Assembly (NCBI RefSeq): GCF_001306135.1 | Contig: NZ_LGKP01000040.1 | Coordinates: 216,726 to 280,725, forward strand | Reading direction: 5' to 3' | Source: Herpetosiphon geysericola | GTDB lineage: Bacteria > Chloroflexota > Chloroflexia > Chloroflexales > Herpetosiphonaceae | DNA length: 64,000 nucleotides | In this document: positions 28,994 to 38,228 of the stretch, one piece after another | How positions within the stretch are numbered: position 1 is the first letter of the stretch | Layout of the letters: each line of letters opens with the position of its first letter | Program-made: the position numbers and the translations under genes | The notes under the pieces: generated by a model | The model's input: only the letters and a program-made list of their open reading frames with translations | Told to the model about the DNA's origin: nothing | Databases searched by the model: none

Positions 28994-29917
28994 ATGATAA
29001 GCGAATTACACGTTATTTTTGGGACTGGCCCGATTGGCAAAGCGACCGCCCGTTGTTTGGTTAGCGCAGGCAAACAGGTGCGAATGATCAATCGTTCGGG
29101 CAAGGCCAGCCATCTGCCAGCGAGCGTTGAAGTGCTAGCTGGCGATATTTACGATCAACAATTTGTCGCCCAGCAAACCCGCCATGCCGCCAGCGTGTAC
29201 CAGTGCGCCCAGCCAGCCTATTACGAATGGACAAGCAAATTTTCCGCTATGCAAGCGGCTGTGATTGCAGGCGTAGCCCAAAGCGATGCGCGGCTGGTGG
29301 TGATGGAAAATTTGTATGGTTATGGCCGCAGCAAGCAGCCAATGACAGAGGCAACGCCATTTGCCGCCCACACCCGCAAAGGCAAGTTGCGCGCTCAAAT
29401 GAGCGAGCAGCTGTTTGCTGCCCATCAGGCTGGCAGAATTCGCGCAACCAGCGTGCGGGCCTCAAATTTTTATGGCCCAGAATATCAACTGATGGGCGAT
29501 CAGGTAGTAAAACCAGCATTGCAGGGCAAAAAAGTTAATTTGCTGGGTAAAGCCGATGTTGCGCACAGCTTTAGTTATGTCAATGACATTGGTGCAACCC
29601 TAGCCCTTTTGGGCAGCGATGATCGTGGTTTGGGTCGCCCATGGCATGCACCCAGCCCAGCTGCGCTCACTCAGCGCGAATTTGTGGCAATCTTGGCCAA
29701 GATTTTGGGCAAGCCAGTTGGCTATCGCACGATCAACACGGCGATGGTTTGGCTACTTGGGCGCTTTGTCAAAGAAATAGCCGAAACTGTTGAGATGATG
29801 TATGAGTGGCAAGCGCCGTTTGTGATGGATAGTAGCGCGTTTAGCCAAACCTTTGGGCTTGAAGCAACTCCCATCGAACAGGGGATCAAAGCGATGGTGG
29901 ATTGGTTTCGCAATTAA
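28994..29917 (+). CDS. NAD(P)-binding Rossmann-fold protein (NmrA/epimerase-like atypical SDR)
   Basis: N-terminal VIFGTGPIGKA glycine motif. 307 aa. Confidence 0.65.
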   Translation: MISELHVIFGTGPIGKATARCLVSAGKQVRMINRSGKASHLPASVEVLAGDIYDQQFVAQQTRHAASVYQCAQPAYYEWTSKFSAMQAAVIAGVAQSDARLVVMENLYGYGRSKQPMTEATPFAAHTRKGKLRAQMSEQLFAAHQAGRIRATSVRASNFYGPEYQLMGDQVVKPALQGKKVNLLGKADVAHSFSYVNDIGATLALLGSDDRGLGRPWHAPSPAALTQREFVAILAKILGKPVGYRTINTAMVWLLGRFVKEIAETVEMMYEWQAPFVMDSSAFSQTFGLEATPIEQGIKAMVDWFRN

Positions 29918-29933
29918 CCAGCAGCGCAGGCGT

Positions 29934-30509
29934 TTAAAAGCTTGCGCTGCATTCCAAGGCCTCGGCCAGCAGTTGTTTATAGTCGCTGCGCGGCATTTCA
30001 TAGGCTCCAAAGGTTGCCAAATGCGGCGTGAGAAACTGGGTATCGAGCAATTGAAAGCCGCCAGCTCGTAAGCGCTCGACCAACGCCACCAAGGCAACTT
30101 TGCTGGCATCGCGCACCTTGCTCCACATACTTTCGCCAGCAAACAAGCCCGCCAAGCCAACCCCATACAAGCCGCCAACCATCTCGCCATTCTGCCATGC
30201 CTCAACGCTATGCGCCAAACCACCAGCGTGCAATTGACTATAAACCTCGATAAATTCTTGGCTGATCCAAGTTTCATCGCGTTCAGCGCAGGCTTGCATT
30301 GTTTCGCGAAACGCCGTATCAAAGCGAATTTCAAAGCTTTGGCGGCGAATCGTGCGTTGCAACGAATGCGCCACGTGAAAACGCTCATCAAGCGGAATAA
30401 TCGCCCGTGGATCGGGATCATACCAATAAATTTGGCCATCCTCGGCCATGGGAAAGACCCCTTGGGCATAGCCATAAATTAATAATTGTGGTGAGAGTCG
30501 CTTGGTCAT
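29934..30509 (-). CDS. aat: Leucyl/phenylalanyl-tRNA--protein transferase
   Basis: MTKRLSPQLLIYGYAQGVFPM...GGLYGVGLAGLFAGESMWS family motifs. I chose the internal Met at 30509 over the ORF-track 30584. Confidence 0.8.
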   Translation of the reverse strand: MTKRLSPQLLIYGYAQGVFPMAEDGQIYWYDPDPRAIIPLDERFHVAHSLQRTIRRQSFEIRFDTAFRETMQACAERDETWISQEFIEVYSQLHAGGLAHSVEAWQNGEMVGGLYGVGLAGLFAGESMWSKVRDASKVALVALVERLRAGGFQLLDTQFLTPHLATFGAYEMPRSDYKQLLAEALECSASF

Positions 30510-30545
30510 GCTATCATGTCTCCAAAAAGTGAGGTCAATCAACCA

Positions 30546-30887
30546 ATGAATACACCACGGGATGTGGCAACCGCCGAACCACAAACGACCACTGATGTCG
30601 AGCTAGATTTTATCACGCTCAGCGATGAGGAATTGGAAAAACCCTATCGGGTGATTTTGCAAAACGATGATATAACCCCCATGGAAGTGGTGGTCTGGGT
30701 TTTGGAAAAGGTTTTTGAGCAATCGTTTGAAAAAGCCAACAGCATTATGCTCGAAGCCCATCTCAAGGGTCATGCCTTGGTCACGATTTTGCCCTTCAAA
30801 GAGGCCAGTTCGCGGGTGTATAGCGCCCAAAGCCGTGCCCGCGATCTGGGATTTCCGCTCGTCTTGTTCCTCGAACCAGATTTTTAA
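30546..30887 (+). CDS. clpS: ATP-dependent Clp protease adaptor ClpS
   Basis: YRVILQNDDITPMEVVVWVLEKVF core ClpS motif. About 113 aa from MNTPRD; MSPKSEV at 30516 is an alternative start. Confidence 0.85.
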   Translation: MNTPRDVATAEPQTTTDVELDFITLSDEELEKPYRVILQNDDITPMEVVVWVLEKVFEQSFEKANSIMLEAHLKGHALVTILPFKEASSRVYSAQSRARDLGFPLVLFLEPDF

Positions 30888-31028
30888 CCGAAGGTTCAGT
30901 TGTTGGGGGCCAGGGGTCAGCGCGTTCGAAGGCTGAAGTGAATTATGCTTGAGCACGCAATTATTCAGCTAGCTGGCCCCTAATCCCAGAAACCTCATCC
31001 TTCATCCCTCATCTTTCATAATTTCGCA

Positions 31029-31086
31029 ACTCTGCGCCTCTGCGTTAAAACTTTTTAGCCACGAATTGCACGAATTCCACGAATGA
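31029..31086. repeat. About 58-bp element (ctctgcgcctctgcgttaaaac...ttagccacgaattgcacgaattccacgaat) that is an inverted copy of sequence downstream of the MVP-like gene
   Basis: Its reverse complement matches about 32803..32866 and again about 33013..33075, with one indel. Contains three CACGAAT motifs at 9-bp spacing. Confidence 0.6.
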
Positions 31087-31306
31087 TCATTTTTTGCCCC
31101 CGATTGCACAGATTATTGCGATTATGTTCCGCTAGCCCATAGCCATTTCCTTGATCCCGCTTCCCCTTTTGCTTTTGACTTCTGCCTTTTGCCCTTTGAC
31201 TTTAGGTTTCATCCTTCATAATTCATCCTTCATTCTTGTAATACATGTCATAGCAATTGTCACAATCGCGGTGTATGCTAGCCCTAGCATAGTAGCGGAG
31301 GACACA

Positions 31307-32695
31307 ATGATTATCCCTTGGATCTACTACGTTCAAGCTGATGAACAATTATTAGTTGAGAGTTTTAGCCGCCGTTGGACGGTCAATGGGCCGCAACGCT
31401 ATACCGCCCGACCATTCGAACGCATTACGCGGCGTAGCGGTTTGGTACTTGGCCCAACCGAATATGTCTATGTCACCGATTCGTTGAGTGGCCAAGTGCG
31501 GCTCGAACGCGGCCCACAACTGCTCTTCCCTAACGCCTACGAAGAGCTTGGCAAAATTCTCTTGGCAATCCCGCTCAAGAAAAACCAATATGCCCGCATT
31601 TTGGATCGTAGCACTGGTCAATTGCGGGTTGAGCGCGGCGAGCAAAGCGTCTATCTCCAACCAAACGAAATTCAAATTGGCGCAATTGAGGCTGGCTACA
31701 ATATCGATGAGCATCACGCTGTTTTGGTGCGCAGCACCACCGATGGCCAATTAAACCTGATTACCACGCCCCAAGTCTTTATTCCCACCGCCGAACAAGA
31801 AGTGATCGAGCATCGCCAACGGATTTTGCTCGAAAACCATGAAGTTGTGGTGATTAAAGATCGCGACGGACGCTATCAATTTCGGCGTGGCAGCCAGCGC
31901 GATCGCTCATTCTTCCTCGAACCATACACCGATTTGGTGACCTTTCGCTGGTCGTCGGGCTTGCACAAAGATAAACGCAATTTGGTCATTACGCATTTGG
32001 ATATTCGGCCAAAATTTATGTGGTATGCCTTCGAGGCGCGCACCCAAGATAATGTCGAGATTTTGATCGATATTACTTTCTTCTGGCAATTGGCCGATGT
32101 TGAGGCCATGATTGTGAGCACCGATGATGCGCCAGGCGATATTTGCGCCCACGCTCGCAGCGCCATCATCCAAGCGGTTTCGCAAACCAGCCTTGAGCGC
32201 TTTTTATCCAATTTCAACAGCATTGTGCGCGATGCGGTGATTGTGCCCGAAGATGATTTTTATGCAGAACGTGGGGTCAAATTGCATTCGGTCGAAGTGC
32301 GCTCAATTACCTGCAAAGACCCTAATACCCAGCGTGTGCTGCAAGAAATTATTCAAGAAACCACCAATCGGCTCAATCGGCTGCAAAAGCAGGAGAGCGA
32401 GAACGAAATCAAGGTCAAGCAACTTGAGGGCGAAATTGTCGCCCAAGAAACCCGTAGCCGCTTGCTCGAATTGCAGCGCCGCATCGCCCAAGCAGAAGCT
32501 GAAACCCACGGTTTGGCCGAGGCCGAACGGGTTCATGCTTTTATCCAAGGCCTCGGCGACGATTTGCCAATCAGCGAAAAGCTGGCGATTTTCAATATTC
32601 TGCGCCGCCAAGAGGCAATTGCAAGCCTCAGCCAAGGTAAGGCCCAGTTGTATCTCACGCCCGCCGATATTAATTTGAGCCTTGAGCATCATTAG
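31307..32695 (+). CDS. Major-vault-protein-like protein: at least 4 MVP-type repeats, an SPFH/band-7-like shoulder domain and a C-terminal coiled coil
   Basis: Repeated about 50-aa units (GQVRLERGPQLLFPNAYEE / GQLRVERGEQSVYLQPNEIQ / GQLNLITTPQVFIPTAEQE / GRYQFRRGSQRDRSFFLEPYTD), then a band-7-like region and a heptad-rich QKQESENEIKVKQLEGEIVAQETRSRLLELQRRIAQAEAE segment. GGAGGA RBS before the Met at 31307; the ORF-track start at 31151 is unlikely. Confidence 0.5.
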   Translation: MIIPWIYYVQADEQLLVESFSRRWTVNGPQRYTARPFERITRRSGLVLGPTEYVYVTDSLSGQVRLERGPQLLFPNAYEELGKILLAIPLKKNQYARILDRSTGQLRVERGEQSVYLQPNEIQIGAIEAGYNIDEHHAVLVRSTTDGQLNLITTPQVFIPTAEQEVIEHRQRILLENHEVVVIKDRDGRYQFRRGSQRDRSFFLEPYTDLVTFRWSSGLHKDKRNLVITHLDIRPKFMWYAFEARTQDNVEILIDITFFWQLADVEAMIVSTDDAPGDICAHARSAIIQAVSQTSLERFLSNFNSIVRDAVIVPEDDFYAERGVKLHSVEVRSITCKDPNTQRVLQEIIQETTNRLNRLQKQESENEIKVKQLEGEIVAQETRSRLLELQRRIAQAEAETHGLAEAERVHAFIQGLGDDLPISEKLAIFNILRRQEAIASLSQGKAQLYLTPADINLSLEHH

Positions 32696-33090
32696 TTAGT
32701 AGTGGCGGTCGGGTATTAGGGATCGGGGATCAGATAGTGGGATTTATTTAACCACGAAGAACACGAAGCGCACGAAGGTTTAAGCTATTGAGTCCCAAAT
32801 GTTTATTCGTGTCATTCGTGCAATTCGTGGCTAAAACGGCTGGTTTTTAACGCAGAGGCGCAGAGCAATGATTGCTTGTGGCTCGTGGCTATTTGAGCCT
32901 TGAGCATCATTAATTAGTAATGGAGGTCAGGGATTAGGGATAGGGGATCAGATAGTGGGATTTATTTAATCACGAAGAACACGAAGGTTTAAGCTATCGA
33001 GTCCCAAATCCTTATTCGTGTCATTCGTGCAATTCGTGGCTAAAACGGCTGGTTTTTAACGCAGAGGCACAAAGCATCGAAGGCTAAATT
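32672..33090. repeat. Tandem direct duplication (two copies of about 195 bp, period about 221 bp) starting inside the last about 25 nt of the MVP-like CDS
   Basis: Copy 1 runs from about 32672 to 32868, and copy 2 from about 32893 to 33088. Both start with ttgagccttgagcatcatta(g/a)ttagta..gg.ggtcgggtattagggat.ggggatcagatagtgggatttattta and contain CACGAAG arrays followed by attcgtg arrays. Copy 2 lacks one 9-bp CACGAAG unit. Confidence 0.75.
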
Positions 33091-33119
33091 ATGAGAGCTG
33101 AAGCATGAAAGTCAAAATC

Positions 33120-33195
33120 CAATAGCCCTTCTTCGTGCTCTTTGCGTTCTTCGCGGTTTCGCGCTTCGTGTTCCTTCGTGCTTTTCGTGGATCAA
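33120..33195. repeat. Additional array of cttcgtg (reverse-complement CACGAAG) motifs at about 9-10 bp spacing
   Basis: cttcttcgtgctctttgcgttcttcgcggtttcgcgcttcgtgttccttcgtgcttttcgtgg, immediately next to the stop of the downstream GT2 gene. Confidence 0.55.
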
Positions 33196-33198
33196 ACC

Positions 33199-34392
33199 TT
33201 ATTGCGCATCCCGACGCTGCACAAACCGAAATTCGCCGCCTTTTTCCACATCCATCACATGGCCGCGCCAAACAATGCGTTGCGGGGCCAGCAATGCCTG
33301 AATCAATTGCACTGGAATTAGCAATTCTAAAAATGGCACAAGCAGCCAATAACGCCGTGGCGTGGATTTAGCAAGATAGTGCTGATCGATTTGGATAAAA
33401 TTCAATAGCCCAAGCAGCGTGTAGATTGCACTAAACCAGCGCTGGCGTTGGCTTGGGCGCACCACAGTCACCACTGCCAAAAGCAAGGGAAACAGGGTTG
33501 GCACAATTACCAAACAAAACAATAAACTACGTTCGCGCCGATTCAAATGGCGCAACAACGATTCGCGCGGAAAGATAAACCAGCGTTGAATTAAGCTGCG
33601 ATAACGCTGAGCATTGGTCACGGTCGTGCGAATTGCATGGCGCATGCTGGTTTGCTGCAAGCCCAAGCCAGCCTGTTTAACCCGCTGGGCCACCGCAAAA
33701 TCGTCGGCCAAAATATGCTCTAGGCCATTGAAACCATCCAATTGCTCTAGCACATCGCGCCGCAACGCATAGAACATGCCATTAATCGTAAATGGCTCGC
33801 TGACTTGAATATAGGGCACATAGGTCAGCAAACTATTGCTATTAACAAACAGCGCCACCAAACTCGACCACGCATTATCAAATGAGCGATAGTAGGGCAA
33901 GCCAAACGCCAAGCCAACCCCCGCTTGATCCAGCCATGGCAAACACGCTTCCAAGCCATAGGCTGGTAGGCTGGTATCATCATCGAGCACGCAAATGATC
34001 TGGCCTTGGGCTTGCGCCAAACCAGCAATCAACTTGAAGGTTTTGGGGTTTACGCGCTCTGCAGGAGCAGGCAAGCTGATAATGCGAATTGTTTGGTTGG
34101 CATATTCTGCTTGCAGTTCGTGGCAAAGTTGCTGCGCTACCGCATCGTTATCATCAATCAGCCACAACCATTCGCGCGCATAGCTGCTTGGCGCATCCAA
34201 GTTGGCGCGTAAACATGTAGATAAATGCGGGTCGCCGCTCAATATTGGCTGAAGCAAACTCACTAAGGTTGTCGCTGGCTCGCGCTGCGATTGAGGCGTA
34301 GGCTTGCGAAAAAAGCGCCAAACTTGCCACCACTTCCAGCAACGTTGACCAAGCATTAAGCCACATAACAGCAACCAAATCCGTTTAATCAT
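33199..34392 (-). CDS. Membrane glycosyltransferase family 2 (ceramide-glucosyltransferase/GT21-like), paralogue B
   Basis: DDDTSLP ... D-x-D-like motifs, an N-terminal TM helix and C-terminal TM segments. I chose the start at MIKRIWLL (34392); the ORF-track start is 34479. Confidence 0.6.
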   Translation of the reverse strand: MIKRIWLLLCGLMLGQRCWKWWQVWRFFRKPTPQSQREPATTLVSLLQPILSGDPHLSTCLRANLDAPSSYAREWLWLIDDNDAVAQQLCHELQAEYANQTIRIISLPAPAERVNPKTFKLIAGLAQAQGQIICVLDDDTSLPAYGLEACLPWLDQAGVGLAFGLPYYRSFDNAWSSLVALFVNSNSLLTYVPYIQVSEPFTINGMFYALRRDVLEQLDGFNGLEHILADDFAVAQRVKQAGLGLQQTSMRHAIRTTVTNAQRYRSLIQRWFIFPRESLLRHLNRRERSLLFCLVIVPTLFPLLLAVVTVVRPSQRQRWFSAIYTLLGLLNFIQIDQHYLAKSTPRRYWLLVPFLELLIPVQLIQALLAPQRIVWRGHVMDVEKGGEFRFVQRRDAQ

Positions 34393-35551
34393 GATTTTGC
34401 TCCTTGCCCAGCCACTGCGCTGCTGCCAAATGCCGCAACCGCATGCGCTCGCCACGCCAAACAATGGTGTCATCGCCAAGCAAGCCCCAGAGCATCAGCA
34501 ATGGGTCAAGCAGTGTTCCCAAAATGCTCAAAGGCCAAGCCCACCACGGCGTTGCTTGTTGGCAATAACGCCGCATTTGCCAAACATGCAAGCTCAATTG
34601 CGCCGCCAAACAGGCCAGCAACCAAGGCCGCAGCTTTGGATTAGGCAGGCTTGCCAACGCCAACAGCGGCGGAATCGGCTGAGCAACGCTGGTCAGGCCA
34701 GTTACGAACTTGTCGCGCTGTTTAAGCTCAGGCAACATCGACACCCGCGGAATTGTAAACCAGCGCTCCATCTGCAAGCCATAGGCCTTGAGAGTGGCAA
34801 AATAATTATCGACTGTGTAGATTAATGGCGTTTGTAGATTGCGTAAGCCATGCGCTTGCACCCGCCGTGCCAACTCATGATCATCATCAATCCGCCCATC
34901 CATTGCTTCAAAACCACCAATTTGCTCAAATACGCTGCGTTGCAAGGCAAATTGATGCCCAGTAATCGTGTATGGCTCGGTCAACGCCGCCAAGCCCACG
35001 TAGCTTGGTAAGGCATTGGCGTTCACAAAATTGCTCATCAACGCAGAAGGCAAATTTTGCCAATTCGTATAACAAGCCAAGCCAAAAATCGCCCCAACCT
35101 GCGACTGCAACAAGTAGGGAATCGCTTGGCGCAAGCCATCAGGCGGCAAGGTTATATCATCATCAACAAACCAGACAACCTCTGCTTGGGCGTGGGCCAA
35201 CGCTGCCCGCATTTTCCCCAATTTCGAGGCTAGGCGGCCCCAATCAGGCTCAATTTGCAAAATGGTAATTGCATGGGTTGGATTATTTTTCTGTAAGGCC
35301 GCGCAGATTGCAAATGTTGCCTGATCAGCGCGATCAACCACCCAGTAATGATTAAGCTGGCCAGAATAGCGCAACTTCAGCCGTTGCTCCAACGTTGTGG
35401 CCAAATCGAACACGCCATGAGTCAAAGGCTGAATTAAATCAATGCTTGGCCAAACAGCGGGTTCGGCAGGCTTGGGCTTGGCAAAAAAACGCCGCAACAT
35501 CAACCAACGCCAGCAACGATCAAGCAAATACCACAGGGCCAACAATCGCAT
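34385..35551 (-). CDS. Membrane glycosyltransferase family 2 (GT21-like), paralogue A
   Basis: VWFVDDDITLPPDGL and other motifs parallel to paralogue B. The start codon shares one base with the upstream hydrolase stop. Confidence 0.6.
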   Translation of the reverse strand: MRLLALWYLLDRCWRWLMLRRFFAKPKPAEPAVWPSIDLIQPLTHGVFDLATTLEQRLKLRYSGQLNHYWVVDRADQATFAICAALQKNNPTHAITILQIEPDWGRLASKLGKMRAALAHAQAEVVWFVDDDITLPPDGLRQAIPYLLQSQVGAIFGLACYTNWQNLPSALMSNFVNANALPSYVGLAALTEPYTITGHQFALQRSVFEQIGGFEAMDGRIDDDHELARRVQAHGLRNLQTPLIYTVDNYFATLKAYGLQMERWFTIPRVSMLPELKQRDKFVTGLTSVAQPIPPLLALASLPNPKLRPWLLACLAAQLSLHVWQMRRYCQQATPWWAWPLSILGTLLDPLLMLWGLLGDDTIVWRGERMRLRHLAAAQWLGKEQNHD

Positions 35552-36402
35552 TATGTCGCCTCAATCTGCGCCAACGCATAATCAATATATTCATCAATTT
35601 GGGCTAGCGAAGCACAATGTTGAGCCTGCGGCACGCGATAATAGCTCGCTGTCGGGTAATACTGGCGCAATAATGCTTGATCGCGCCGCCCAAACAAGCC
35701 ATCGTGTTCAGCCACAATCATGGCCAGTTTGCCATGCCAACGCGCCGCACCCAAATGCCAATCCAGCTCGCGCCACCAACCCAACAAGCTCAGATAATCG
35801 TGGCGTTGCATTTTTTGCAGATTTTGCTGCAACCGCTCAGCCCAAAAAGGCCGCAGCATGGTGGCCATTGGCTGCAAAAATTGCTGAGTGCCGCGCCAAA
35901 ACAGCCAACGCACCAAGCCCAATGGCAAGATCGCGACCAGTGGATGCAGCAAACTGAGCCAAAGCCAACGCCCACGCCGCGGCACGCCAGTATCCGAAAG
36001 CAGCAAGCCTTGGGCCAATTGCGGGCGATAGTGCAACAGGGCTTGGGCAATCAAGCCGCTATACGAGCCAGCCACAATCCAGCCAGCTTCAAATTGCAAA
36101 TAATCGAATAAGGCTTGCAGATTGGCCGCCAAATCTGCGAGATTATCAATTGTGTTGGGGTAGGCGAGGCTAAGTACCCGATAGCGCTGCTGGCAACGAT
36201 CCAGCCAACGAAAAGCCAAATCGGCGCGCGCCAAGCCACCAGGCAAAATCAACAAGCCAGGCAAATTACCGCCAGTATCACAAATTTCCCATTCGTGGCC
36301 GTTGATGCACACCCGTTGCACTGGATAGCGCTCAAGGGTTTGCTGATAACAGGTTTGGCAATCGGCAGCGCTCATTAACTGCTCATACTCATGCTGAATC
36401 AT
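35551..36402 (-). CDS. Alpha/beta-hydrolase fold protein
   Basis: GSYSG nucleophile elbow (G-x-S-x-G). 283 aa. Translationally coupled to the downstream GT2 genes. Confidence 0.6.
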   Translation of the reverse strand: MIQHEYEQLMSAADCQTCYQQTLERYPVQRVCINGHEWEICDTGGNLPGLLILPGGLARADLAFRWLDRCQQRYRVLSLAYPNTIDNLADLAANLQALFDYLQFEAGWIVAGSYSGLIAQALLHYRPQLAQGLLLSDTGVPRRGRWLWLSLLHPLVAILPLGLVRWLFWRGTQQFLQPMATMLRPFWAERLQQNLQKMQRHDYLSLLGWWRELDWHLGAARWHGKLAMIVAEHDGLFGRRDQALLRQYYPTASYYRVPQAQHCASLAQIDEYIDYALAQIEAT

Positions 36403-36761
36403 TCAGGCTGCCTCTCAAGTTGCGCTACTGCTGCGCCTAAATTGCTGCAAAGTTGCTCTAGCTGCTCGCTTAGGCTTGCTACACTCATTCTAAGCCTTTT
36501 TATGCAGGAGTTTTGCAATGGATAGCGTCACAGTAGCAGACATTGATCGACCACAACCACGCTGGCAAAGCATGGTTTATGGCTGGTATTTGCCAGCATG
36601 TTTGACGCTCGTTTGATTCAGCATTGGGCTAGCCTTCAAGCCCACAACAATGTGCGCAGCATGATGTTGGCATGGCTCACGCTCACAATTGTCACAGCCT
36701 GTTACCTCACTCTAGAATTTGAGGCGAATGGCATTTTAAAACCTGTCACTTATTCAAAGCA

Positions 36762-38156
36762 TTAAATTGGCAGGCTTAATTGAATATGTGCGCCTTGCTC
36801 GCTGGGAATCAGCACTGCATCGCCGCCGTGGGCGCGCAGAATCGCCCGCACAATCGCCAAGCCAAGGCCCGAACCGCCCTCAGCGCCACGCACGCCACGC
36901 TCCCAAATTGCTTCACGCATAGCCGCCGGAATACCCTCGCCAGTATCTTGAACATCGATCACAACTTGATCGGCGGTTAAGCTGACCCGCATAATAATTT
37001 GGCCGCCTGGAGGCGTGGCCCGCAAGGCATTATCAAACAAATTCAACAAGGCTTGCTTCAACCGATCACGATCAGCATCGATGATAATTGGACGCGGCGG
37101 AACTTGGGCCAGCAATTCAACTCCACTCCGTTGCGCCCGCCCACTCAAATTCTGCACCAATTCATAAATCATTTCGCCAAGATCAAGGCTTTGCTTGGGG
37201 CCGAGGGTCAGGCTTGGTTGGGCATCGGTGCGCAAAAGCTCATCGGCCAAACGAGCAAGCCGCGCAATTTCGGCCTGCATTGCCTGAATCGATTGCGCTT
37301 GTTCGTCGGCGTTCTCTGCATCCTCGATATTTTCCAAGTAGCCGCCCAAGGCCATCATCGGCGTGCGCAACTCGTGCGAAACATCACGGTAAAACCGCCG
37401 TTGCGCTTCCGATTGGTGCTCGATCCGCGATAAACGCTCGGCCAATTGGTCAGTCATGGTATTGATTGAACGGGCAAGTTGGATAATTTCCGAAGGGCCA
37501 CGTTCAAGCGCCCGTTCGGTCAGATCACCATTGGCAACTTGCTCGGCAGTTGTGCGCAATTGGCCAATGAGCCGCGCCAACCAACGGGCTACCAACGACG
37601 ACCCTAAAAAGGCAGCCGCAAAGGCCAAAGCAATCGAAATAAAGACAAAGCGGCCCAGCACGCGCAATAAGCGATCTTCGTCGGTAACACTTTGCGAAAC
37701 CTCAACGACCCCCACAACCTTTTGCTGCCAACGCACTTGACCTGCCACATAACGTCGCCCACGAGCCTCGCCCACAAACACGGTTGGGATACTAGTTACA
37801 AATTGGCTAGCAGCAGCCCGACTTGGAAACGCCGAGTTCGAGCCATTGGCCCCAAAAATTTGGCCTGCGCTGCCAAAGACCCGAATTGCGCCATCGCCAT
37901 TGCCAATTGGCCGACTCAGCAGAATATTAGTTGCCGATTGTAAATCGCCATCGCTGGCTATCAGTTGCTCAGCAAAGGCAATATACAACTCCAGCTGATT
38001 ATTTAATTCAACACTGCGCCGATCTGCTTCGCTGATCCGAACACCCATGAGAATAATAATCGCGATTAATGCTAAAGGCACAACACTAACCGCCACCATC
38101 GTGATCGTGAGGCGTACAGCTAAGGTTACAATTTTAGGTCGATGCACTTTTTTCAT
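36762..38156 (-). CDS. Two-component sensor histidine kinase (TM-HAMP-HisKA-HATPase)
   Basis: N-terminal TM helices, H-box DVSHELRTPMMAL, and ATPase motifs (LFDNALRAT, DTGEGIP, GGSGLGLAIV). Confidence 0.85.
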   Translation of the reverse strand: MKKVHRPKIVTLAVRLTITMVAVSVVPLALIAIIILMGVRISEADRRSVELNNQLELYIAFAEQLIASDGDLQSATNILLSRPIGNGDGAIRVFGSAGQIFGANGSNSAFPSRAAASQFVTSIPTVFVGEARGRRYVAGQVRWQQKVVGVVEVSQSVTDEDRLLRVLGRFVFISIALAFAAAFLGSSLVARWLARLIGQLRTTAEQVANGDLTERALERGPSEIIQLARSINTMTDQLAERLSRIEHQSEAQRRFYRDVSHELRTPMMALGGYLENIEDAENADEQAQSIQAMQAEIARLARLADELLRTDAQPSLTLGPKQSLDLGEMIYELVQNLSGRAQRSGVELLAQVPPRPIIIDADRDRLKQALLNLFDNALRATPPGGQIIMRVSLTADQVVIDVQDTGEGIPAAMREAIWERGVRGAEGGSGLGLAIVRAILRAHGGDAVLIPSEQGAHIQLSLPI

Positions 38157-38228
38157 AGCAGCATTATCGCATAGCTAGCCACTTGCATGGCATGATATAA
38201 TCGCTTTTGAGAAAATTTCTCCCCTTAA

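Noticed and set aside
30900-30980. Long-range complement ggggccag...ctggcccc after clpS as a terminator
   Set aside because: The loop is over 50 nt and there is no T-tract. It is more likely part of the repeat-rich leader of the MVP-like gene.
32672-33090. The ~220-bp tandem repeat as a possible CRISPR array
   Set aside because: There are only two copies, the units are far longer than CRISPR repeats, there is no repeat-spacer-repeat organisation and no cas genes in the window.
33089-33371. ORFs 33089..33349 (-) and 33135..33371 (+) inside the repeat region
   Set aside because: Their translations are repeat-derived (FVFLRAFR...), with no RBS. They overlap the CACGAAG arrays and the end of the GT2 gene.
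36518-36765. Two short plus-strand ORFs (32 and 33 aa) in the gap between the alpha/beta-hydrolase and the histidine kinase
   Set aside because: Both are below the ORF-track cutoff and lack an RBS. One is hydrophobic, but there is no supporting evidence.
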